A stretch of 64,000 nucleotides of DNA, from contig OZ220696.1 of the NCBI GenBank assembly GCA_965116495.1, forward strand, positions 3,904,001 through 3,968,000, written 5' to 3'. The notes under the pieces are model-generated. The model saw only the letters and a list, made by a program, of their open reading frames with translations. It searched no databases and was not told where the DNA came from. The position numbers and the translations under genes are program-made. Of this stretch, positions 29,965 to 40,750 are shown piece by piece (position 1 is the stretch's first letter; every line of letters begins with the position of its first letter). This DNA comes from Gammaproteobacteria bacterium. GTDB taxonomy: Bacteria > Pseudomonadota > Gammaproteobacteria > Eutrophobiales > Eutrophobiaceae.

Positions 29965-30000
29965 AACTAAGAGCAACGGTATTACAATTACTGGTCCGTG

Positions 30001-31644
30001 TCAAACATTTTGGGCATTTTGGGCGAGGAGATAATCTCCGTATTGTTCCCGCAGAGTCAGTTTACTGACTTTTCCCGTGGCCGTGTGAGGTAATTCCTCA
30101 ACGAATATCACTGCATCGGGTTTCCACCAGCGCGCAACTTTATCGTCAAACCAGGCCAGCAGGTCTTCTCTGGACACGGTTTGATCGAGCTTTTTAACGG
30201 CTATCAGCAAGGGCCGCTCGGTCCACTTCTCATGTGCGGCGCTGATCACGGCGGCTTCGGCAATGGCGGGATGGGTCATGGCGCAGTTCTCAAGCTCTAT
30301 GGAACTGATCCACTCCCCGCCGGACTTGATCAGGTCCTTGGACCTGTCGGTGACCTGGATGGTACCGTCAGGGTCTATGGTTGCAACGTCCCCGGTCGTG
30401 AACCAGCCGTTTGCGTCAACACCGGATTCCGCTTCCGTTGCCCCGAAATAACTCTCGCATACAGTCAGGCCTTTCACCTTCAGGTGTCCGGCCGCGACGC
30501 CGTCCCAGGGCAGGGCGTTATCCCTATCATCGGTGATCTTTACCTCCAGGCCGAAGATGGGCTTGCCCTGTTTCAGCGGGTACTGCCTGCGTTGTTCCTC
30601 ATCAAGTAATTCAAAGTCCGGACCGGGCACATTCAATGTGCCGGCTGAGCAGAGTTCGGTCATCCCCCAGCCCTGGGCGAGTTCCACTCCATAATCGTCC
30701 CTGAAACGTTCGAACAAGGACAGCGGGGTGGCCGCGCCACCGACAACTGCCTTGCGCAAGGTATCCAAGTTGCCACCTGACCGGTCCAGGTGATCCAGCA
30801 GCATCTGCCAGATTGTCGGCACACTGACGCCGTAAGTGACTTTTTCCTGCGTGATAAGCCGGCCTACCACCTGCGGATTGCCCATGTAGCGGCCCGGGAA
30901 CACGATGCCGGCGCCGACCAGCGGCGCACGGAAAGGCAGGCCCCAGGCGTTGACATGAAACATCGGCACGAGCGGCATAATGACGTCGTTCGCGCCGGGG
31001 CCGCCGGCATCGAGTACCGCGGTGGACAGGGTGTGAAGCAGCAGCGACCTGTGGGAATACAGCACTCCTTTGGGGTTGCCGGTGGTGCCGGAGGTATAGC
31101 ACATGGCGCAGGCCGAGTTTTCACCCGGTTCCGGCCAGGCGCAGGTGTCATCCTGGCCGGCCAGCAGGTGTTCATAGACATGTACATTCCGGAAAGAGGC
31201 GCCCGCATCATCGTCTGTGTCCAGGACGACTATGCCGTTGACATGTTTGATCTGTGGTTTCAGCCGTTCCAGGGTTGGGATAAACTCCGGCTCGGTAAAT
31301 ATCCATTTGTCCTCCGCGTGGTTGATGATGTAAGCGATCTGGTCGTCGAACAGGCGCGGGTTGATGGTGTGCAGTACGTAACCTCCGCAGATGACCCCGT
31401 AATAGAGTTCAAGATGCTGCTGGTGATTCCATGCGAGTGTCGCAATGCGCTCACCCGGCCGGCAGCCAAGCGCCTGCAAGGCGTTAAACAGCTTGCGGGC
31501 GCGCCGGAATACACCGGAATATGATGTTCTCCGGACATCCTGTTCGGATACTGCGGATACGACTTCACGCTCGCCGTGGTACATTTCCGCATGGCGCATC
31601 ACCGTGGTGATGGTGAGCGGCATGTCCATCATTAATCCTTTCAT
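30001..31644 (-). CDS. Medium-chain acyl-CoA ligase (DmdB/AlkK-like)
   Basis: [55 protein letters not shown]. Confidence 0.9.
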   Translation of the reverse strand: MKGLMMDMPLTITTVMRHAEMYHGEREVVSAVSEQDVRRTSYSGVFRRARKLFNALQALGCRPGERIATLAWNHQQHLELYYGVICGGYVLHTINPRLFDDQIAYIINHAEDKWIFTEPEFIPTLERLKPQIKHVNGIVVLDTDDDAGASFRNVHVYEHLLAGQDDTCAWPEPGENSACAMCYTSGTTGNPKGVLYSHRSLLLHTLSTAVLDAGGPGANDVIMPLVPMFHVNAWGLPFRAPLVGAGIVFPGRYMGNPQVVGRLITQEKVTYGVSVPTIWQMLLDHLDRSGGNLDTLRKAVVGGAATPLSLFERFRDDYGVELAQGWGMTELCSAGTLNVPGPDFELLDEEQRRQYPLKQGKPIFGLEVKITDDRDNALPWDGVAAGHLKVKGLTVCESYFGATEAESGVDANGWFTTGDVATIDPDGTIQVTDRSKDLIKSGGEWISSIELENCAMTHPAIAEAAVISAAHEKWTERPLLIAVKKLDQTVSREDLLAWFDDKVARWWKPDAVIFVEELPHTATGKVSKLTLREQYGDYLLAQNAQNV

Positions 31645-31698
31645 ATCCGTTGTTCCGGGTGGGTGATTGAACCGTGAAACAGTGCGCGTCCCGGGAAC

Positions 31699-32580
31699 TT
31701 AAAGAGACCCGACAAACTCCAGGTATTGTTGAGCCAGGTCGTTCAAGAGTGTATCCACCTGTTCCGGCGATTTGGCATAATGCAGCAGTACAAGCTCATC
31801 CACCCCGAGTTCATGATACTGCCTGATCATCTCGCGGTCATATTCATGGTCGAAAGGGCAGACATAAACGGAAATCTCTTCCCTGGGGCGTCCTGCCTCT
31901 GCCAGCGCCGCTTCCAGGTTCTCAAGTTGTGGGGCCAGTTGCTCCGGGTCGGCGCCGATGGCAAACCAGCCCTGGCCTTGCTCCGCCACCCGCCTGAAGT
32001 TGGGCCGGCTGTTCCCGGCGAGAATGATAGGCGGATGAGGACGTTGCACCGGCTTCGGGTAGAATCGGCAAGGGGGCAAATCATAAAAATCATCGTGGTA
32101 CTCGGAAACGCGGTCACACCACAGGCGTTTTATCACTTCTATATAAGAGCGGGTGCGCGCCCCGCGTTGTTCAAACGGCGCGCCCACAACCTTGAATTCC
32201 TCGGCCATCCAGCCAAGGCCGACCCCGAATAACAGGCGCCCGTTGGAAAGCCAGTCAACGTTTCCGGCTTCTTTTGCGGTGTAAACAGGATTGCGTTGCG
32301 GCAGGACGCAAATTGCGCTGCCCAGGCGTATCCTGCCGGTGACCGCGGCGAGATAGGCCAGTGACGTGAATATATCCAATTCGACGTTGTCTTCCACGTT
32401 CTCCAACGGCATCTGGCCGTCTTCAGACACCGGGTAGTTTGCCTCGTAGTTATCCGTTATGACGACATGTTCGCCAATCCAGAGGGAATCAAAGCCCAGG
32501 GCTTCGGCGGTTATGCCGAACGTGCGAATTAATTCCGGGGTGGAGTAGAGATTGAGAGGAACCAGTACACCGAGTTTCAT
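31699..32580 (-). CDS. LLM-class (F420/FMN) oxidoreductase, Rv2161c-like, paralog 1
   Basis: GFDSLWIGEHVV, VLPQRNP, LSNGRL..GVGLGW..EEF, PKPVQ.PHPPI. Confidence 0.88.
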   Translation of the reverse strand: MKLGVLVPLNLYSTPELIRTFGITAEALGFDSLWIGEHVVITDNYEANYPVSEDGQMPLENVEDNVELDIFTSLAYLAAVTGRIRLGSAICVLPQRNPVYTAKEAGNVDWLSNGRLLFGVGLGWMAEEFKVVGAPFEQRGARTRSYIEVIKRLWCDRVSEYHDDFYDLPPCRFYPKPVQRPHPPIILAGNSRPNFRRVAEQGQGWFAIGADPEQLAPQLENLEAALAEAGRPREEISVYVCPFDHEYDREMIRQYHELGVDELVLLHYAKSPEQVDTLLNDLAQQYLEFVGSL

Positions 32581-32769
32581 ACTATGCTTCCTGATTAAAT
32601 AACAAGAGATTAGGCCATTCTTGTCCGGCAACCCGGCAACAATGGTTTATAACTTTATGATATATTGGGTTTTGGCCGCATCAAGGTTTTTATTTTAGGC
32701 CGACGCACTATTATTCGCAAGCATTTTTCGAGTATCATGCAACATCATGGGCGGATAAATACCGATATA

Positions 32770-33405
32770 ATGAACGCAGAACAACCGGAAAAACCGGACA
32801 AGCCACAATCGAACAATAAAGTCACCGGGACCAAGGGGCAGAAGCGCCGCCAGCAGATCATTGACGCGGCGAAGCAGGCCCTGATAGAGGGTGGCGCGAA
32901 CAGCCTGGTCCTGCGCGATGTCGCGGACCAGATTGGTATCACCCACGGCAATCTTCAATATTACTTCCCCACGAAAAACGATCTGCTGATAGCGATATTC
33001 GACCAGGCGGTAGAGAAATACACGGAGAGCATGAAGGTGGCAGTCTCCGAAACGTCCACCAGCAAGGGCAGGCTGGATGCCATCATCGATGCCGGTATCG
33101 CCGAGTTGAAAGCGCCCGAAACCGCGTTATGGCGCATGATGATGTCCCTAGCGGACCACAACACGGACATGGCCTCGATTTTGAAGAAGGAAAACGACCT
33201 GTATGAACAGGTCGTGGCGGAGGAATTGGAGTTAATTTCTCCAGGGCTGTCTATTCAACGCAGGCGCCATATCGCCCGGATCATCCACGCCATACTCGAC
33301 GGACTCGGCATCCAGTTCTCCTATGAAGATGCGGAAGGCCCGGAGATGCGGGCGCTGGCCAGCGAGATTAAGATAGCGTTATTCGCCATGCTGCAGGCGA
33401 GTTAG
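32770..33405 (+). CDS. TetR-family regulator
   Basis: RRQQIIDAA...LRDVADQIGITHGNLQYYFPTK HTH. Confidence 0.9.
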   Translation: MNAEQPEKPDKPQSNNKVTGTKGQKRRQQIIDAAKQALIEGGANSLVLRDVADQIGITHGNLQYYFPTKNDLLIAIFDQAVEKYTESMKVAVSETSTSKGRLDAIIDAGIAELKAPETALWRMMMSLADHNTDMASILKKENDLYEQVVAEELELISPGLSIQRRRHIARIIHAILDGLGIQFSYEDAEGPEMRALASEIKIALFAMLQAS

Positions 33406-34193
33406 CGTTTGCTAATCATAAACGAACGTAATTCTTCGGTAGTGTATGTCTTCTCTACTTTGCCGTAATTCAGCTCAGCATTGGCGCGGCCGTATTCGAA
33501 AGAAATCAACTCTTTGACGGGTAACATGGAATCGGAATGCGCGCCGAACTGCAGGTTCCCCGAACCGGTATAGACTTCTGCCTTCCCGTCCGAACCAATG
33601 ATCGGGTTGACCTGGTAGTTCAGTGTAACCATCTGTGCCAGAATTGGTAATTGCCCTCCTTCTGCGTCCGGTATAACGCGCAGACAGATAAGGGGTACCG
33701 CATCTCCGTCACTTGCCAGTTCATTCCTTGCCGGTTTCATCATGGCCCGGATGGCCCGGTCGTCAGGTTTGACATCCATCACTGCCTCTACATGACCGTC
33801 GCTGTGCTTGATAACGTCGATCCGGTGGGCGCGTTTTTTGCCAAATCCGTACAGTTCACGATCCACAATCTGTGAGGTTTCACTGGTACAGTACACCCCC
33901 GCCAGGTAGCCGTGGACTTTGCCTTGCCATTCACACAGGATACCGGTAAACACCTCGTTGTAGGCCCCTACAGTGCTCCAATGATTTCTCTCGATCACCA
34001 TGAATGCAGTGGCAGGTTCATGGAGTGAGAGAACGGGAGGCAGGATGTCAAGTATGGCGTCATCCTCAGTCTTCCAGGTGACGGTAACGGCTTCAAAATC
34101 GCGGAAATAGTAGGGACCTCTATGCACAGAAGGGCTGTGTAGAGGTGCGAATGCGCCCCATTTGTCAAAAGTGAGTCGTCCGGGTTTTGGCAT
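33402..34193 (-). CDS. Acetoacetate decarboxylase-like protein, paralog 1
   Basis: GPYYFRD, GAYNE, RELYGFGKK (Schiff-base Lys), LRVIPD. Confidence 0.8.
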   Translation of the reverse strand: MPKPGRLTFDKWGAFAPLHSPSVHRGPYYFRDFEAVTVTWKTEDDAILDILPPVLSLHEPATAFMVIERNHWSTVGAYNEVFTGILCEWQGKVHGYLAGVYCTSETSQIVDRELYGFGKKRAHRIDVIKHSDGHVEAVMDVKPDDRAIRAMMKPARNELASDGDAVPLICLRVIPDAEGGQLPILAQMVTLNYQVNPIIGSDGKAEVYTGSGNLQFGAHSDSMLPVKELISFEYGRANAELNYGKVEKTYTTEELRSFMISKR

Positions 34194-34218
34194 TGTATTA
34201 TTCTCGCAGGGTTGTCAG

Positions 34219-36465
34219 CTAAATTTGTGTTATCCGAACCGGAATAGCGTTCAGTACTGCTGTCCCGGATAAAGTATCCAGGTTCATGTCGTCTACCAGT
34301 ACATTCATGTTTGACCCCGGTTTCTGCCGGGCGATGTTCAAGCGCATACCTTCCCTGTTGTGTCCCCATCCATGAGGCATACTCACGACTCCCGGCATGA
34401 TATCTTCGGTAATCTCAACAGGTATTTCGATCTCCCCGGTATTTGTGCTCAATCTGGCCGGCCTGCCGTCATCCAGGGACAGCCGCTGCGCATCTTCCGG
34501 ATGAACCTGCAGGGTGCAACGGGATTGACCTTTCGCCAGAATATCAACGTTGTGACCCCATGAGTTGATACTGCGCAAATGCCGGCGTCCGATTAGTAAT
34601 AGTTCTTCCCCGGAAGGGTGTTGCAGCGGCGCCTGAAGCAATGTGCGGGCTTCTTCCATGAAGGCTGCGGGAGCCATCTCAATTTTTCCGTTGGGTGTGC
34701 GCAATACTTCGGGTAAGCGCGGTTGTAAAGCGCCAAAATCAACCCCGTCAGGTTTGGAAATTATTTTTTCCAGTGTTATACCGTCCGGGTTCGCGCCAAA
34801 TCCATCGCCATAGGGGCCGACTCTGAACCCGGCGTCCAATACCCGTTCCACACCGCGCTTGCCTGAGAGCCGGCTCATTGCAGAGGGAATATCAATACCG
34901 TGAGCTATGGAATACTCATCAGCCGCCGCTTCGGCGATAATTTCACTGATCATCCGGTCCTCCATTTCCTGTAAACCTTGTTCGTCCTGAACCCCAAGCC
35001 CGGCTGCTATAGCGCTGATTTGCAGTAATACATCCCAATCCGATACCCACTCCGCGGGTGACGTGAACAGGGCAGGGGAGAACCGGACAACATTCCGCAC
35101 TGCATACATGGCCGAAAAACTCCCGTAGTAGCATGTTTCGAAAGTAGGGGTTCCCGGCAGGATTACATCGGCATGGCGCGAGGTTTCGTTGATATAAATA
35201 TCCAGCGACAGGAAAAAATCCAGTCGGGACAGCGCCTTGTCCAGGCGTTCCGGGTTCGGGGCACTGGATACCGGATTTCCGCACATGGTAACCAGGGCGC
35301 GGATTTGTCCATCTCCAGGTGTTTCAATTTCTTCAGCCAGACAGGCAACCGGCAATTCACCACAGGTCGGCGGCATGTTGCGAACACGGCTACGGAACGT
35401 GGATTTGGGTAGCGGTTCACCTGTACCCGGTTTACCCTTTGTGTTGGCAGCAAACGATGGCGCCTTGGCAAACATCATACCGCCGGGTTTATCAAGATTG
35501 CCGGTCACGATGTTAATGACTTCAATTAACCAACTGGTAACCGTACCGTACTTCTGCGTGGTGGAGCCGACCCGGCCGTAAACGCCTGCTCTTTCCCTTG
35601 TCGCCAGTTCATGGGCGATTGTTTCAATGGATAAGGCATCTATCCCGCAGTTGGCCGACATTTGTTCCAGGGAAACCAGTTTTGCCAACGCTTCTATCGT
35701 ATCCAGGCCTGATATGAACGGGGCGATAGCGGCTGTTTTCGACAACCGGTCACGAAATATGACATGCAGCACGGCCAACAGGAAATACTGGTCCTGTCCC
35801 GGGCGAATGAACAAATGCCGGTCGGCAATTTTTGCCGTCTCAGTACGGCGAGGGTCCACAACAACCAACTTGCCGTTGCGCTTTTTCAAATCCCGCGCAC
35901 GTTTCCTGAAATTGGTTGCCAGCCATAAACTCCCGTTGGAAATTTCCGGGTTTGCACCGATGATGAGCAGGTAGTCAGTGCGGTCTATATCGGGTACGGG
36001 GTTGGTGGACTCATCACCATACATTTCGGTGCAAGTGAGTATCTTCGGGAGTGCATCGACAGAGTTGGCCGTATACAGATGAGGCGTAGCAAGGGCTTCG
36101 TACAGAAACAGAAAGCCGGTATTAAAAGCTGCGCTGCGTAAAGTGGCATTACCCACGTACAGGGCAACAGACTCCTTACCATATCGTTGTGTTACGTCTG
36201 ACAGTTTTTCATCGATAACCGCAAAGGCTTCATCCCAGCCGGCAGGCACAAGCTTGCCGTTTTTTCGCACCATTGGTGTCCTTAGCCGGTCCGGGTCATC
36301 TCCCAGTTCCATTAGTGCCACACCTTTAGGACAGACATGTCCCAGGGTCATCAGATCATTGTTATTGCCACGAATGCTGACTACCTTATTTTCTTCGAGC
36401 GTAAGTTCCAGCCCACAGATGGCTTCACAATTCGGACAGATGTAGTAGCTCTCCCGGCGGGACAT
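34219..36465 (-). CDS. Stand-alone molybdopterin oxidoreductase with N-terminal 4Fe-4S
   Basis: CPNCEAICG...CPKG, DPDRLRTP, GANPEISNGS, VDPRRTETA, LIGRRH, PHGWG. Confidence 0.88.
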   Translation of the reverse strand: MSRRESYYICPNCEAICGLELTLEENKVVSIRGNNNDLMTLGHVCPKGVALMELGDDPDRLRTPMVRKNGKLVPAGWDEAFAVIDEKLSDVTQRYGKESVALYVGNATLRSAAFNTGFLFLYEALATPHLYTANSVDALPKILTCTEMYGDESTNPVPDIDRTDYLLIIGANPEISNGSLWLATNFRKRARDLKKRNGKLVVVDPRRTETAKIADRHLFIRPGQDQYFLLAVLHVIFRDRLSKTAAIAPFISGLDTIEALAKLVSLEQMSANCGIDALSIETIAHELATRERAGVYGRVGSTTQKYGTVTSWLIEVINIVTGNLDKPGGMMFAKAPSFAANTKGKPGTGEPLPKSTFRSRVRNMPPTCGELPVACLAEEIETPGDGQIRALVTMCGNPVSSAPNPERLDKALSRLDFFLSLDIYINETSRHADVILPGTPTFETCYYGSFSAMYAVRNVVRFSPALFTSPAEWVSDWDVLLQISAIAAGLGVQDEQGLQEMEDRMISEIIAEAAADEYSIAHGIDIPSAMSRLSGKRGVERVLDAGFRVGPYGDGFGANPDGITLEKIISKPDGVDFGALQPRLPEVLRTPNGKIEMAPAAFMEEARTLLQAPLQHPSGEELLLIGRRHLRSINSWGHNVDILAKGQSRCTLQVHPEDAQRLSLDDGRPARLSTNTGEIEIPVEITEDIMPGVVSMPHGWGHNREGMRLNIARQKPGSNMNVLVDDMNLDTLSGTAVLNAIPVRITQI

Positions 36466-36481
36466 GGACAGAAATCATCAG

Positions 36482-37363
36482 TTAAATTGATGAAACGAAA
36501 TCCAGGTATTGTTCGGCTAACCTGTTTAACAGACTTTCGACCTCGGCTGCAGATGTTGCAAAGTGCAAAAGGACGAGTTCGTCGACACCCAGTTCCCTGT
36601 ATTCCTCAATCATTTCGTGGTCATAGTCATGTCCATAGGGACAGGCATAAACCTTAATCTCTTCTCTTGGCCGGTTCGCCTCAACAAGCGCGGCTTCCAG
36701 GTCCGCGATTTGCGGAGCCAGTTGTTCGGGATTGGCGCCGATGGCAAACCAGCCCTGGCACTGGTCTGCAACGCGCCTGAAACTGGGTTTACTGTTACCG
36801 GCAAAAATAATGGGCGGGTGGGGCGTTTGAACGGGCTTCGGATAGAAGCTGCAGGGGCGTAAGTCATAAAATTCATCATGGTATTCAGAGACAGGGTCGC
36901 ACCACAGGCGTTTTATCACCTCGATATACGAACGGGATCGCGCCCCGCGCTGTTCATAGGTGGCGCCGACAGCTTCAAACTCCTCTCTCTGCCACCCCAG
37001 CCCGACGCCGAGTTCCAGGCGCCCGTTTGAAAGCCAATCCACGTTTGCCGCTTCTTTTGCCGTGTAAACCGGATTGCGTTGCGGCAGCACGATGACAGCG
37101 GTGCCCAGCCGTATTCTGTCAGTGATCGAGGCAAGGTAAGCCAGGGAAGTGAATGCATCGAGTTCAGCATTATCGGCAGCTTCTTCGTACTCCATCCTGC
37201 CATCTTCGTATACGGGAAAGTTCGGATCGTAATCATCCACCATCACAACATGCTCACCGACCCACAGCGAGTTAAAACCCAGTTTCTCCGCAGTCGTTCC
37301 AAGCGCGCGCAGAAACTCCGGGGTTGCGGTAAGGTTAAGCGGGACCAGTACGCCTAATTTCAT
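36482..37363 (-). CDS. LLM-class (F420/FMN) oxidoreductase, paralog 2
   Basis: Same length (293 aa) and closely similar to 31699-32580. Confidence 0.88.
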   Translation of the reverse strand: MKLGVLVPLNLTATPEFLRALGTTAEKLGFNSLWVGEHVVMVDDYDPNFPVYEDGRMEYEEAADNAELDAFTSLAYLASITDRIRLGTAVIVLPQRNPVYTAKEAANVDWLSNGRLELGVGLGWQREEFEAVGATYEQRGARSRSYIEVIKRLWCDPVSEYHDEFYDLRPCSFYPKPVQTPHPPIIFAGNSKPSFRRVADQCQGWFAIGANPEQLAPQIADLEAALVEANRPREEIKVYACPYGHDYDHEMIEEYRELGVDELVLLHFATSAAEVESLLNRLAEQYLDFVSSI

Positions 37364-37493
37364 GGTTTATTCCCCCGATTTCCGCCAGGTGGCGTTCGAA
37401 GCCTGAAACAGCGGAAAAATACCCGGTACATGTTAACTCGAACCACCGTGTGGTCCGGGCCCATGTTCGTGTTACCGGCGGTTGCGCTCTTTC

Positions 37494-38249
37494 TCAGTAG
37501 GTCTTGAGAATTTTCCCGTAGGGCAGGTCGGCCGTCATCCTGACATATTTGGCGTCGACAATCTGCACTACCGGCAGATTCACATCGGATATTCTGTCAA
37601 CTTCCAGTGATGCCGAACCGTTGTATAACTCGTCCTTGCCATCAGGGCCCTTGTGGGGGACGCCGGTAAACAACACCGAGTTCAACTGCGCCACGGCGGG
37701 CGTATCGCTGCCCTCGACATCGGGTATGACTTTAAGGACCGCGAGCGGCAGTGCCGCCAGTTCCGAAGCGGGCAGGTTTCTATCCGGGAAGAAAAAGGTT
37801 TTGGCGACTATGTGGCCCGGTTTGACCTCTACAACACCCTCGATCTCACCGGTCCCGTGCTTGATCAACTCGATACGGTGGGCGAGTTTTTTTCCGAAAC
37901 CCCAGACTTCCCGGCCTATGATGAGGGCATTTTCCGTCGTCACGTATACGGCGTTGGTGTAACCGTATACCTGGCCTTCATGCATACACAGGATCCCGGT
38001 GTACACCTCGCCGTAAGGGCCGCCACTGGTACTGATATTATTGACTTCCAGCACCATGAACGCGGTTGCAGGTTCAATCAGTTCAAGCTCCGGCGGCATG
38101 ATATCAAGTGCCGCATCTTCATCGGTCAGGTAGGTAATCACCAGCGCTTCGGTATCGCGGTAATACCAGGGGCCTTTCTTATAAGAAGCATTGTGTGCGG
38201 GCATTGTTGAGCCCCATTGATCGGGTGTCAGTCTTCCCATTTTTGCCAT
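37494..38249 (-). CDS. Acetoacetate decarboxylase-like protein, paralog 2
   Basis: GPWYYRD, GPYGE, GREVWGFGKK, LKVIPD. Confidence 0.85.
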   Translation of the reverse strand: MAKMGRLTPDQWGSTMPAHNASYKKGPWYYRDTEALVITYLTDEDAALDIMPPELELIEPATAFMVLEVNNISTSGGPYGEVYTGILCMHEGQVYGYTNAVYVTTENALIIGREVWGFGKKLAHRIELIKHGTGEIEGVVEVKPGHIVAKTFFFPDRNLPASELAALPLAVLKVIPDVEGSDTPAVAQLNSVLFTGVPHKGPDGKDELYNGSASLEVDRISDVNLPVVQIVDAKYVRMTADLPYGKILKTY

Positions 38250-38539
38250 GATGATAATCTCCGCTGTTTCTTTGTCCTTTATGGGGAAAGAATGTGAGTC
38301 TTCAAAATAAATTATATTTGATAAAGCGTTGGTGAGTATAGGCCAAATTATTTATTTTTGCAAATCGTCCAGCAAATGAGTTAACCTACTGAATAGTATA
38401 TTAAATCATCGATTTTATAGTGTTAATTATGTAAATTATCATAAGATACCTATATTTAAATTAGGCCAATGGCATAATAATATTCATTATCCACAGGACG
38501 CTGGTCAATCAGCCGGTGCATGTATAGTTAAAAACGATA

Positions 38540-39697
38540 ATGCAGCATTCCAGTAAAAATTCTGATATTGCCTTAATAATTGCGGTCGCGGCCGGGACAT
38601 ATATCAGTATCACCTCGTCTAATTTCTCCCCGCTTTTAATCGGCATATTAGCGGATTCAGACATAGTAGCTGAAATTACCGGAGCCTATATTTTAGCACT
38701 TGAAATTTGTGCCATCCCTGTTGCGACGCTCGTAGTATTGCCTTTCATACAGCATGTTAATCGGCAAAGGTTAGCAATTGCAGGTGTTGTGTTCGCTACG
38801 ATTGCTCAATTGATCAGTCCGTTTTTCCTGGAGAATTATGAGCTCTTTATAACACGTTTTTGTGTTGGGCTTGGGCTGGGTTGTGTTTATGCCGCGGTCA
38901 ATTCAGTAGGCGCAACTTCCGAATATCCAGATAAGGTATTTGGCTATTCAACAGCTATTACATTTCTCCTGTACGCAATTACGCAACCACTGATGTCCAT
39001 GGTCATCGGGAGTTTTGGGTTTGGCGGTGCATGTATCTTTCTTACGGTAGCAGGATTGATTTCTCTGCTGTTTATTCGCAACTTTCCCAGTGAACCCAGC
39101 ATAGTCAAACAGCAAAAAATAGAGGTGCATTGGCGCTATTACATTGCCTTACTGATTACAATTATATTAATTAATCTTGCCGCCGGTACAACCTGGGCAT
39201 TTGTGGAAAGAGTAGGAGTTAGCAGGTTTGGATTGGATATTGAAATAATTGGTTTGATTCTCGGGATAGGAACAGCAGCCGGGGTAGTGGGGGCTTATTC
39301 AGCTTCATGGGCTTATACCCACCTGGGTCGCATAAATTCAATATTGTTTGGCTTGGTCTTGTTTGGAGCGACAAGTTACGGGATCACAAATTCAACTACA
39401 ATACCAGTCTATACCGGCAGTATAATTCTTTACTGGTTTATCTATCTGTTTCTTTATCCACTACTGTTCAGCGCTGCTGCTGAGCTGGATCGTTCCGGAC
39501 GTCTGGCTACCATTACCGGCGGTTTATTATGGCTTGCTGTTGGCATCGGACCTGCGGTTGGCGGACTGATTGCTTCTCGATATAGCTACGGCATGCTTGG
39601 ATGGTTCAGTTTTTTCTGTTGCGTTCTAGCAGTGCCTTTTTTCTATAGGGTAGGCCGGTACTTGGAGACCCGTTATGAAAGCTCTTCAAAAGCTTGA
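38540..39697 (+). CDS. MFS transporter
   Basis: About 12 hydrophobic helices; RFCVGLG and AELDRSGR motifs; AT-rich coding sequence. Confidence 0.8.
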   Translation: MQHSSKNSDIALIIAVAAGTYISITSSNFSPLLIGILADSDIVAEITGAYILALEICAIPVATLVVLPFIQHVNRQRLAIAGVVFATIAQLISPFFLENYELFITRFCVGLGLGCVYAAVNSVGATSEYPDKVFGYSTAITFLLYAITQPLMSMVIGSFGFGGACIFLTVAGLISLLFIRNFPSEPSIVKQQKIEVHWRYYIALLITIILINLAAGTTWAFVERVGVSRFGLDIEIIGLILGIGTAAGVVGAYSASWAYTHLGRINSILFGLVLFGATSYGITNSTTIPVYTGSIILYWFIYLFLYPLLFSAAAELDRSGRLATITGGLLWLAVGIGPAVGGLIASRYSYGMLGWFSFFCCVLAVPFFYRVGRYLETRYESSSKA

Positions 39698-39755
39698 GTT
39701 TTTTACCTTTGGTCAAGCGGACTACGAAAGGATAAAACAGGTGGTATTCAGTCCG

Positions 39756-40589
39756 TCAGCGAATCGCCCTTATTGCCTGTATGTTCCCCGCTGAGGCCTC
39801 TACCTCTGCAGCTTCGAACTCTTCCGCCGTGTAGGTCTTCAGGATCTTCGGGTACTCCAGCACGGAGTCATAGCGCGAAAATTTGAACGATGCAACACCG
39901 CGAATGGGCAACTGAAGGTCGGACGGCCACCCGAAGGCGAGATGTCCGGGGCCGCTATAGACCATGGCACGGCCCTGCGCATCAACGTGAGGATGGACCG
40001 GATACGGCTGAGAGACGAGTTGCGCCAAGGCAGGACGGTCTCCACCCTCAGAATCAGGGAATGTCTTGAGAAATATCATCGGAATAGACTGGTGCGCGCC
40101 CAGTGCTTCGGCCGACTCGTGCGTAGCCGGCCGCATTACGGCACATGCTGCCCGGTCACCGTTCTTGATCTCCATGATCGCCTGGATGTCTCCATCCTCG
40201 TGCTGAGTAACCTCGATGCGCTCAGCGGTCTTCTTGCCACATCCAACGATTTCCCGGGCAACCACCCGGGAAGCGACGCCGCTCGTGTACACGGCAGGGA
40301 TGTAACAGCAGTCTTCTCCCTGCCACTTGCACATGATGCCCATGTAGGCCTCGCTATAGGGCCCCAGCGTCGTCCAATGGTTGTCCGCAATTGAGACGAA
40401 TGCCGTCGCCGGCTCGACAAGCTCGAGATCGGGAGGCATGAGGCTGCGCGCCGCATCCTCGTCTGTTTCAAATTCAATGATGATCCCTTCGGTGTTGATA
40501 TAATACCAGGGACCCTTGGATGCACAGGAGTCATGAACCGGCGAGAATGGACCCCACTTGTCCAGCGTAAGCGTACCCGTTTTACCCAT
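39756..40589 (-). CDS. Acetoacetate decarboxylase-like protein, paralog 3
   Basis: GPWYY, GPYSE, REIVGCGKK, LKTFPD; start at MGKTG after GGGGAG. Confidence 0.8.
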   Translation of the reverse strand: MGKTGTLTLDKWGPFSPVHDSCASKGPWYYINTEGIIIEFETDEDAARSLMPPDLELVEPATAFVSIADNHWTTLGPYSEAYMGIMCKWQGEDCCYIPAVYTSGVASRVVAREIVGCGKKTAERIEVTQHEDGDIQAIMEIKNGDRAACAVMRPATHESAEALGAHQSIPMIFLKTFPDSEGGDRPALAQLVSQPYPVHPHVDAQGRAMVYSGPGHLAFGWPSDLQLPIRGVASFKFSRYDSVLEYPKILKTYTAEEFEAAEVEASAGNIQAIRAIR

Positions 40590-40750
40590 CTTTCTTATCT
40601 CCCCTGTTGATTGAGGTAAGTATGGAATATAGGCCATTGGCCGGGTCTTATCAAGTCGCAACATTGTTGATGCCAGGTCCGTTGCTTATAATGTTAATAA
40701 AACTGAACAAACTGTTCGCAGTAACATAAGACTTTTGGAAAGGTATTATT

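Noticed and set aside
38339-38476. TGGCCTA read as a sigma-54 -24 element
   Set aside because: No conserved TTGC/GC at -12 across the sites, and orientation is fixed regardless of gene direction.
40705-40717. GAACA-AAC-TGTTC palindrome upstream of the SDR
   Set aside because: Single short occurrence; cannot be distinguished from chance.
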